20,000 nucleotides of DNA from an uncultured virus (IMG/VR IMGVR_UViG_3300026097_000002) (IMGVR_UViG_3300026097_000002); one strand, 5' to 3'. Shown: positions 1 through 5,746, counted from the stretch's first letter. Notes: generated from the sequence alone by a model not told the origin. Numbers and translations are program-made.

Positions 1-83
1 GACGCTATGGTCTTCACCGCTGATGATGATAGGTAACGCTTGTTCGCGTGGTACTCCTCGTTTGTCTCTACCTTGGTTGTCAT
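1..83 (-). CDS. N-terminus (partial) of a probable RecE/exodeoxyribonuclease VIII-like PD-(D/E)XK nuclease
   Basis: Manual translation from ATG at 83: MTTKVETNEEYHANKRYLSSSAVKTIA, running off the window. NEEYHA...LSSS.K is the typical N-terminus of this phage family. ATGA overlap with the upstream gene. Confidence 0.55.
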   Translation of the reverse strand, partial: MTTKVETNEEYHANKRYLSSSAVKTIA

Positions 84-379
84 AGGTTCTCTAGCTTTTT
101 AGTTAGGGCGTTTGTTATGTACTTAGACCCACCGAAGTCTCTGATCTGCCTGAGGTACTTGTCCCTCTTGTAGGCCTTCACCCCCTCATCGAAGCCCTGC
201 TCCAAGAAGATCGTGACGATGTCGTTACCTACCTTGACGTAGAAGTCACTCTCGGTGGACAGCATATGGAACCCGTCCTCGTCCTTCACCATCTTCAACC
301 CCTGATACAGTCGCGCCTCGTAGTCTCTTGTACTTAGATCCGCTCCGCGCTCTACAAATTCATTCCAGATGTGTTCCAT
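80..379 (-). CDS. hypothetical protein, 99 aa
   Basis: ORF in the co-oriented cluster, just downstream of a TATATTTG box (389-396). Confidence 0.8.
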   Translation of the reverse strand: MEHIWNEFVERGADLSTRDYEARLYQGLKMVKDEDGFHMLSTESDFYVKVGNDIVTIFLEQGFDEGVKAYKRDKYLRQIRDFGGSKYITNALTKKLENL

Positions 380-388
380 TTCTTTTCA

Positions 389-396
389 CAAATATA
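389..396 (-). promoter_or_regulatory. Bacteroidota-type -7 promoter element (TAnnTTTG)
   Basis: TATATTTG on the minus strand, 9 nt before the ATG at 379. Confidence 0.6.
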
Positions 397-411
397 TGTT
401 TATAAACCATT

Positions 412-606
412 CTAAACAAGCTTTCTCTTAAAAAAGTTTGTCTTCCTGCTTAAATTATTTTTTATCACGAACAGGTCGTAAGCCTTGGCCGCGTCCTTAG
501 GGTCGTCGTAGTACCCAAGCTGAACCGTCTCGTTGTTGTACTTGATCCTAGCTATCCACTTCTTCTGCCCCCTCGATACCCCAAGGTATGGTGTCGTTTT
601 TCTCAT
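412..606 (-). CDS. stand-alone AP2/ERF-domain DNA-binding protein
   Basis: YLGVS...KKWIARIK...LGYYDDPKDAAKAYD matches the AP2 domain signature; no HNH domain attached. Confidence 0.8.
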   Translation of the reverse strand: MRKTTPYLGVSRGQKKWIARIKYNNETVQLGYYDDPKDAAKAYDLFVIKNNLSRKTNFFKRKLV

Positions 607-757
607 ATACTTCTTTTTTATTTTTTAATACTACTTTTATTTTTCTTTGGCTCTCTCATATAGAGTAAAATCGACATTTTCGACACCCCCCTGTATTTAC
701 AGGCCTTCCGAGATGTCGATTTGGTGTCGATTTACCTATCTGGTGTCGATTTTCAGC
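590..757. repeat. origin-like element copy A (TCGACA iterons + AT-rich tract), inverted relative to 5411-5586
   Basis: Exact reverse-complement blocks shared with copy B: 611-629/5548-5566 (19 bp), 667-687/5491-5511 (21 bp), 714-733/5434-5453 (20 bp), 739-753/5414-5428 (15 bp). Confidence 0.9.
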
Positions 758-1080
758 TTTATGGTCACGTTGTCCCACCTGCCGAACCGTCTTTTTTTCG
801 ATACGAGGAAGTCTATTCTGTTCCTCCACCGCTTGTTCATTCGGTCTTCTATGGTCCACTCTCCGTCCATATCACCCGCTCCCGACACGATCACCTTGCT
901 CCCCATAGTGAACCCATCAGCCTCAAGGTCTCTGCTTACCGCTATCCACCTCTCAGGCTTGTATGGGTCTTCTATGGTCTTAAGTGACGCTGTGGTCAGG
1001 TAGTCTTCGTTACACTGAGCAGGATCTGCGTGATATATCGTCGCTGTAACGCAGGCGACTATCAACAGCTCCCTTATCAA
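736..1080 (-). CDS. 3D (Asp-Asp-Asp) domain protein, MltA/RlpA-like cell-wall-acting fold
   Basis: VTATIY...TTAS...IAVSRDL...GSKVIV...EDRM...RIDFL pattern; hydrophobic N-terminus. Confidence 0.7.
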   Translation of the reverse strand: MIRELLIVACVTATIYHADPAQCNEDYLTTASLKTIEDPYKPERWIAVSRDLEADGFTMGSKVIVSGAGDMDGEWTIEDRMNKRWRNRIDFLVSKKRRFGRWDNVTIKLKIDTR

Positions 1081-1496
1081 GATATAAACTTAATCAAAGA
1101 TTCAACAGACTGAAGGTCGTCGCACTCGATAGATCGTCCGTTTCTGCGTACGATAGCCTTACCGTTACTGAAGTTGATGGTGATGCCGTTACCCGCGGTA
1201 ACCTGATGTGATACCACACGCTCGGCGTTAGTCGCAACGCGCTTTGTCTTGTTCTTTATATCTCTCTTGATCCTAGAGGCGATGCTCTTAAGGTTATTGA
1301 AGGTGCGGATGTTTATCTCCTCCTCCTTAAGCCACACGTAGGTACTGCCAACCTTGCCTATGATGTTGGTCTCAAGTAGTGCCTTAATGAAGTAGTACGA
1401 CGCACCGCTGTCCTTAGCTAGTGTGGTTGATGATCTGTACCTAACCTTAGAGCTAAGTAACTGTTTTACGTTCTTGATGTTCTCGAAATTTGTCAT
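1077..1496 (-). CDS. hypothetical basic protein (possible DNA binder)
   Basis: ORF track 1077..1541; the ATG at 1496 (MTNFENIK) after an AT-rich leader is the more likely start. Confidence 0.7.
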   Translation of the reverse strand: MTNFENIKNVKQLLSSKVRYRSSTTLAKDSGASYYFIKALLETNIIGKVGSTYVWLKEEEINIRTFNNLKSIASRIKRDIKNKTKRVATNAERVVSHQVTAGNGITINFSNGKAIVRRNGRSIECDDLQSVESLIKFIS

Positions 1497-1550
1497 TGTA
1501 AATTGAATTAAATAGTTAGTAAAATAAATAAAGTTGTCCAAAAAATTAGT

Positions 1551-1766
1551 TTAATTAATCCTGTTCTCGAATCCATGATAGAGTTTGATGATAGTGAACA
1601 CCTCTTCGTCAGATAGAACGGATGTTACCGTCTGACAGTCGATGATGTACTTATCGTCTAGGGGCTCTACCTCATAGATTACGTAGTTGTTCCCGATGCT
1701 ACCTGTTATCTTGTAGCGCCCGAAACGTTCCTGTACTACGAGTCTTACCATTTTCCTAGTGGGCAT
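1551..1766 (-). CDS. hypothetical protein, 71 aa
   Basis: ORF tiled within the minus-strand cluster. Confidence 0.7.
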   Translation of the reverse strand: MPTRKMVRLVVQERFGRYKITGSIGNNYVIYEVEPLDDKYIIDCQTVTSVLSDEEVFTIIKLYHGFENRIN

Positions 1767-1999
1767 TTAGAGTTAGTAGATAAAGTCTTAGCTGAGATGT
1801 TGCAACCGCAACCACCTACAAGCTGTCCTGTAGCTACGTGCTCGCCCTTCTTGCGGGGGTCACACGTGTTACCTGTTCTGATGTCACAGCTATCGCATAG
1901 CAGTAGCCTGTCCTCCGATAGCCTCTTGGTATCGGGGTCTAGTTGGTTGAACCTGTCCTTGACAACGTTCGCCCACCCTTCTATGATGTCCCGTATCAT
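1745..1999 (-). CDS. small Cys-rich Zn-binding protein (DUF6171-like)
   Basis: RLLLCDSC...C...GCGCNISAKT...CPLGKW. Confidence 0.7.
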   Translation of the reverse strand: MIRDIIEGWANVVKDRFNQLDPDTKRLSEDRLLLCDSCDIRTGNTCDPRKKGEHVATGQLVGGCGCNISAKTLSTNSKCPLGKW

Positions 2000-2157
2000 A
2001 CGTTCTCTCTTAGGTAGGTGGATAGCTTCAGTTGGTTGGATAGGCTAGGACGAGAAACGTCGTCCTTGAGTACGGCGCGAACAAGGTCATGCTCAAGCGC
2101 TATCTCCGGTAGTACACCCACGTCGTCGCAGATGAATTGAAAGTCATTCTGTGTCAT
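1996..2157 (-). CDS. hypothetical protein, ~53 aa
   Basis: ORF track 1996..2178; ATG at 2157 (MTQNDF) preferred; ATGA overlap with the next gene. Confidence 0.65.
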   Translation of the reverse strand: MTQNDFQFICDDVGVLPEIALEHDLVRAVLKDDVSRPSLSNQLKLSTYLRENV

Positions 2158-2263
2158 GCTGTGATAGTTTAAATTCAAGGTTCAGCACCTCGATGTTCAG
2201 GTTGTATATCTCCTTCTCCATAGCGGCTACTCTAGCCCTAAGGAACTCTAACTCTTCTTCCAT
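2144..2263 (-). CDS. 39-aa coiled-coil microprotein (not in ORF track)
   Basis: MEEELEFLRARVAAMEKEIYNLNIEVLNLEFKLSQHDTE; fills the gap between neighbours exactly. Confidence 0.65.
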   Translation of the reverse strand: MEEELEFLRARVAAMEKEIYNLNIEVLNLEFKLSQHDTE

Positions 2264-2265
2264 AT

Positions 2266-2448
2266 CTATGCTTCGTTACGGTTAAACTCTATCTGGTCTA
2301 CAAGGTCCGAGAAGATGTCCGCTAGGTCCCTAGCGTCCTCCCAATCACAGTTCTTCATACAGAAGGTGAAGACCTCCTTAGGTGTCTTGTTAAGTAGCAC
2401 CCTTATGGTGTCGGGGTCGAAGTAGTACTTTCGTGTCATAGTGTCCAA
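2266..2448 (-). CDS. hypothetical protein, 60 aa
   Basis: ORF tiled within the cluster. Confidence 0.7.
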   Translation of the reverse strand: MDTMTRKYYFDPDTIRVLLNKTPKEVFTFCMKNCDWEDARDLADIFSDLVDQIEFNRNEA

Positions 2449-2834
2449 AATTTAAGTCCGTGATTTATTATCGTTTCCTCTACCTGATCGTCCGACGATA
2501 GGTGGTCCTCCTCGTCCGCTAGCCACTCAACTATCTCGTCCTCTAGCTTGTCGATGAAGGCCTCTAGGTCGCCGTCCTGCTTGTAGTCCCTAGCTATGTT
2601 AGCTAGATCGTTGTTGTTCATCATCAGCACTATCTCCTCAGCCACCTGCTCAGGTGGTAGGTATAGCTTGATGCTCGCGGCATCTCTGCTGTGGTATATG
2701 ATATCTATACCCATGTCCTGAAACATATCGTATGTCTCTAGCCACCAACCGTCGTACAGGTTGATCTCTCTGTGCTCCTCTATGGCTATCTGTTTCTGCC
2801 TAGTGGTTAGCTCGTCGTAGTGTAGGTGTCTCAT
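2436..2834 (-). CDS. acidic hypothetical protein
   Basis: ORF track 2436..2876; ATG at 2834 (MRHLHYDEL) overlaps the upstream stop as ATGA; highly acidic C-terminal half. Confidence 0.75.
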   Translation of the reverse strand: MRHLHYDELTTRQKQIAIEEHREINLYDGWWLETYDMFQDMGIDIIYHSRDAASIKLYLPPEQVAEEIVLMMNNNDLANIARDYKQDGDLEAFIDKLEDEIVEWLADEEDHLSSDDQVEETIINHGLKFWTL

Positions 2835-2938
2835 TGTGTTTCGATAAATTCGCAGTGCTCCTTGCACGCACCGCATATGCCTAGGTCCTCGTTGTTAAGC
2901 CACGGTGATGCACCGCAGCAGTCGCTTTCTATGTTCAT
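2831..2938 (-). CDS. 35-aa Zn-ribbon microprotein (not in ORF track)
   Basis: MNIESDCCGASPWLNNEDLGICGACKEHCEFIETQ; ATGA overlaps at both ends. Confidence 0.75.
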   Translation of the reverse strand: MNIESDCCGASPWLNNEDLGICGACKEHCEFIETQ

Positions 2939-3186
2939 ATCTGCTTAATTTCTTTGATTATCTCTTCCTTATTTTCTTCTACGTATTCATGAATCTTACT
3001 GTTGATGAACTCAACGATTTCATCTCCGTATGATAGCAGCACAGACCTCATCTCGTTGTCAAAGAAGCTATCAAACTTATCTTGCTTCGCTACGTATTCT
3101 TTAGCGTCTATCTCATGGTATATTTCTAGGTAGGACTGAACGTCTAGCCCTGACCAACTTACTGCGGGTATAATATCTTTGCTCAT
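2935..3186 (-). CDS. acidic hypothetical protein, 83 aa
   Basis: ORF tiled within the cluster. Confidence 0.75.
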   Translation of the reverse strand: MSKDIIPAVSWSGLDVQSYLEIYHEIDAKEYVAKQDKFDSFFDNEMRSVLLSYGDEIVEFINSKIHEYVEENKEEIIKEIKQI

Positions 3187-3187
3187 C

Positions 3188-3439
3188 TTAATTAAATTTA
3201 TAGTAGTTTGACTGAATGGTTTCTATTAAGTTTCTTCCGTAGGCCGTGTGGAACCCGTAGCTGTGGGTTCCGGTCATCGGCTCGTTCTCTATCAGCAGGT
3301 GAAATAGCTTCACCGCGTTTAGCTTGTACTCCTTAGCTACCGCCCTGCAGGCGCTCACTAGCGCCTCTACGTTGTGTCTAGGGCGTCCGTAGTTCCTTGT
3401 GATGTAGGCCTCAGCCTGCTTTACCGTTAGTGTCTTCAT
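3188..3439 (-). CDS. hypothetical protein, 83 aa
   Basis: ORF tiled within the cluster. Confidence 0.75.
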   Translation of the reverse strand: MKTLTVKQAEAYITRNYGRPRHNVEALVSACRAVAKEYKLNAVKLFHLLIENEPMTGTHSYGFHTAYGRNLIETIQSNYYKFN

Positions 3440-3711
3440 TTGAATTGCTCGTAATAATGGTTAATACTATCGTAGGCGATCTCGTCGCCGGTCTGCTCGT
3501 CGAAGGCGAAGACCTGTATCTGCTCCTCGTCCGTGCGCCCCTCGAATAGGGCTAGGCTTATGCCGTCGTACACCACGTACACGTAGCCGCTCCACTCGTT
3601 GTAGCCCACCTCCTCGATAGACTCTCTATCTACTATGTGGTGTCTGCTGTACAGGTACTCTAGCAGTGCGTTCAGCGAACGTACCTGCCTTAGGTTTCTT
3701 AGGTCAATCAT
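3436..3711 (-). CDS. hypothetical protein, 91 aa
   Basis: ORF with ATGA overlaps at both ends. Confidence 0.75.
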   Translation of the reverse strand: MIDLRNLRQVRSLNALLEYLYSRHHIVDRESIEEVGYNEWSGYVYVVYDGISLALFEGRTDEEQIQVFAFDEQTGDEIAYDSINHYYEQFK

Positions 3712-4025
3712 GGCTCAATAAAGTAGTCTTGGTTAAACGTAAACTTCTGCCCTCTGTAGTTAGGGTTAAATACTAAGCGGCCCTTGCCGTCGCGCTTAAG
3801 CGCTATCGCTTCCTGCGTCGTCTGCTCGCACAGCGTCTGTAGCTGTACGCGGGTCAAGCGCTCGTTCTCGTACACTAGCACTAGCGTAGGCTCAACGTCG
3901 CCCTTGTACTCGCCATCGATAAGGCTCCGCTTGACGGGAGCCCTACCCACTAGCTTGTTCAGGGTCTGCGTTATCTCTTCTGTGGTCTTGGGGTTGTTGT
4001 TCAGCCCGATATTTAGTGTTGTCAT
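3708..4025 (-). CDS. candidate S-adenosylmethionine lyase (T3 SAMase-like)
   Basis: GEYKGDVEPTLVL...LCEQTTQEAIAL...GRLVF parallels T3 SAMase GCY...EKTVRV...LACNEWEQDCVLV...GLVY (recalled from memory); size and early position fit. Confidence 0.5.
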   Translation of the reverse strand: MTTLNIGLNNNPKTTEEITQTLNKLVGRAPVKRSLIDGEYKGDVEPTLVLVYENERLTRVQLQTLCEQTTQEAIALKRDGKGRLVFNPNYRGQKFTFNQDYFIEP

Positions 4026-4252
4026 ATGTGGTTCATTGGTCTAAAGTCCATTGCTCGTACATCGTTGATGTAGCGCTTGCTCAGCACCTTTGATATCACT
4101 TGCACCACGTAGAACATATCTCTTGGCGCGTTCTCAGGTCTGTTGTCCCAAACGTTTCTAGCTTCTCTTAGTGAGCTCTCTAGCCTCTCAGTGCTAACGC
4201 CCTCACAGGCTCTTCTAAAATCCTTTGCAGGTGTTCCAAAAATTGTAATCAT
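4022..4252 (-). CDS. hypothetical protein, 76 aa
   Basis: ORF track 4022..4315; start moved to ATG 4252 (MITIFG) because the extension runs through the hammerhead. Confidence 0.7.
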   Translation of the reverse strand: MITIFGTPAKDFRRACEGVSTERLESSLREARNVWDNRPENAPRDMFYVVQVISKVLSKRYINDVRAMDFRPMNHI

Positions 4253-4266
4253 TGCTTTTGAGTTAT

Positions 4267-4335
4267 GGTTAAGACGCGCAAGCGAATTCGCTTCGCTCAT
4301 ACGCGTTTCGTCCAATAAGGACTCATCAGTTAACC
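4267..4335 (-). ncRNA. type I hammerhead ribozyme
   Basis: Minus strand: GGTTAA-CTGATGA-GTCC TTATT GGAC-GAA-ACGCGT...GCGCGT-C-TTAACC. Complete catalytic core, stems I/II/III and GUC cleavage triplet. Confidence 0.92.
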
Positions 4336-4602
4336 TTTGCTTGACCGGCCGTTATTGTAGATAGACCAATAAACTTCTTGTATCTGAGACTCGGTGTCGA
4401 TTGACTTCATGGTGAAAATGTCCTGCTCGTGCACCTTCTTGGTGCCCCACCTGTTCTCTAGGTAGGTGCTAATCTCGCCGTGCTCGTACATGCTCACCCA
4501 TTTATGCTTTAGGTCTACATCAAAGGTGTACTTGTGTACCTTGCCTTCGGCTAGCTTAAGTTCTTCAGCGATTAGGTTCAGTAGGTCATAGATAGTTTTC
4601 AT
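4330..4602 (-). CDS. hypothetical protein, 90 aa; first gene of the leftward operon
   Basis: ORF; its TAA stop lies within hammerhead stem I. Confidence 0.8.
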   Translation of the reverse strand: MKTIYDLLNLIAEELKLAEGKVHKYTFDVDLKHKWVSMYEHGEISTYLENRWGTKKVHEQDIFTMKSIDTESQIQEVYWSIYNNGRSSKG

Positions 4603-4624
4603 AGTGTGTAGTGTTAATGGTTAG

Positions 4625-4682
4625 TCCCTATGCAAGGTTTCGCTCCTTGGCCACTTAGTGGTAAGCCCGTCGGCACATAGGG
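4625..4682 (-). ncRNA. 58-nt tRNA-like cloverleaf (not a translational tRNA)
   Basis: CCCTATG-T-GCC GACG GGC-TTA-CCAC TAA GTGG-C-CAAGG AGCGAAA CCTTG-CATAGGG-A: 7-bp acceptor-like stem, 5-bp stem with 7-nt T-like loop, shrunken D and anticodon arms. Confidence 0.65.
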
Positions 4683-4696
4683 TTAGGTATCCGAAC

Positions 4697-4799
4697 CTGA
4701 TTCGCCGCGTACTAAGGTCACCCACTTGTTTGTTCGCATATGTTGCGGCCGCATCTTCGTACGGCACTAGTGGTCATCCCTAGGCTAGCAGTAAATCAG
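4697..4799 (-). ncRNA. structured leader RNA domain
   Basis: Nested pairings CTGATTT.CTGC/GCGG.GAATCAG, CTAGGG/CCTTAG and CCACT/AGTGG close two hairpins (GCCGTA/TGCGGC, CGCA/TGCG). Confidence 0.55.
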
Positions 4800-4800
4800 T

Positions 4801-4812
4801 ATTTCAAAGAAC
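4801..4812 (-). promoter_or_regulatory. boxA-like antitermination motif
   Basis: GTTCTTTGAAAT about 30 nt downstream of the promoter; resembles rrn-leader boxA. Confidence 0.45.
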
Positions 4813-4843
4813 GTCCCGACATCATTGTTATCGTTTGACATTG

Positions 4844-4890
4844 CAATGATATGGCAGAATGTTAATACGTGTCAAGTTTTTTTTCAATTA
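4844..4890 (-). promoter_or_regulatory. strong host-polymerase promoter of the leftward operon
   Basis: TTGACA (4875-4870), 18-nt spacer, TATCAT(TG) (4851-4844), upstream A-tract. Confidence 0.7.
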
Positions 4891-4896
4891 TTTTTA

Positions 4897-4928
4897 AAAT
4901 CCCAGCGTTTATGCGGCCTGCGAGAGGT
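4897..4928 (+). repeat. 32-bp direct repeat of 5459-5490
   Basis: AAATCCCAGCGTTTATGCGGCCTGCGAGAGGT vs AAATCCCAGTGTTTATAGGGTCTACGAGAGGT, 27/32 identical. Confidence 0.8.
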
Positions 4929-5410
4929 AAATTTTTTTTTCGATGTTGGATGTTATCAACAAAATATAGGCTCAGCCCACGCTATCAGAGGGATAGGTAG
5001 CGATTTGGTGGGGGTAATGGCCGCGATACAGGCGTTTAATGGTTGACGTTATGGGGACGGGAGTTATTCCTCATCTCAAGGTACCTTGCAATGCAAAATA
5101 ATGCAGAACGAAAACGGTGCTTCATATGCATAAGTAGATTTAAGTAGGTATACACCAGCCACAAACAAAACCTGAAAAGTTTGACTTCATTACATATATA
5201 TAGGAGGGGGGTGGGTAAATAGAAACGACTTTCCTGTGGCGCGCGTGTACGTGAAATATATATATAACCCATTTTCTACATATATCTGATGGTCAAAATA
5301 CCCTTCCCTGATGGTCAGAATTCGATGTCGAAAATGATGTCGATTTTTTAGTTAGGGGTCAATTTAGGCTTGTCTGGAATAATTCTAAATAAGCGTTAGG
5401 GGTAAAATAG

Positions 5411-5586
5411 GCTAAAATCGACACCAGAAAGCAAAATCGACACCAAATCGACACCAAGAAATCCCAGTGTTTATAGGGTCTACGAGAGGTGGTGTCGAAA
5501 ATGTCGATTTTTTTACTCCTTGACAGCCAAAAAAAAAGAAATAAGTAATTAAAAAATAAAAAAGAATATAGGGAAAATTCGTCACC
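5411..5586. repeat. origin-like element copy B (three AAATCGACACC, core, two inverted iterons, A-rich tract)
   Basis: See copy A; a further partial iteron pair lies at 5325-5349. Confidence 0.9.
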
Positions 5587-5597
5587 GGCACCTTTCA

Positions 5598-5605
5598 TAT
5601 CTTTG
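5598..5605 (+). promoter_or_regulatory. Bacteroidota-type -7 element
   Basis: TATCTTTG 4 nt before ATG 5610; TATCTTTGTGGT recurs identically at 7590-7601. Confidence 0.6.
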
Positions 5606-5609
5606 TGGT

Positions 5610-5738
5610 ATGATCAGCATTATTTTACAGCCTCCTCATGCGATGCTAATTGGGTGGGAGAGGATACGGTACGAGGAGGGTAGGTCTCTATGTATTCATT
5701 TATTACTTATTTCGATAGAATTTACGAAATTGGATTAG
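5610..5738 (+). CDS. 42-aa hypothetical protein (not in ORF track)
   Basis: MISIILQPPHAMLIGWERIRYEEGRSLCIHLLLISIEFTKLD, directly after a promoter box. Confidence 0.55.
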   Translation: MISIILQPPHAMLIGWERIRYEEGRSLCIHLLLISIEFTKLD

Positions 5739-5746
5739 TTTTTGCG

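Noticed and set aside
647..1003. ORFs 647..1003, 656..859 and 721..987
   Set aside because: Shadow frames over the repeat element and the 3D-domain gene; no recognisable protein features
4253..4364. N-terminal extension of ORF 4022..4315 and plus-strand ORF 4143..4364
   Set aside because: They overlap the hammerhead; ATG 4252 with an A-rich leader is the better start
4625..4682. Bona fide tRNA gene
   Set aside because: No 7-nt anticodon loop, no TTC in the T loop, too short; kept only as a tRNA-like element
4953..4961. DnaA box TTATCAACA
   Set aside because: Single mismatched copy; expected by chance in AT-rich DNA
5411..5512. TCGACACC repeats as a CRISPR array
   Set aside because: Units are only about 11 bp, irregularly spaced, in both orientations and without unique 30-40-bp spacers
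4825..5598. ORFs 4825..5046, 5036..5272 and 5359..5598
   Set aside because: They run through promoter, homopolymer and iteron sequence with atypical composition; likely spurious
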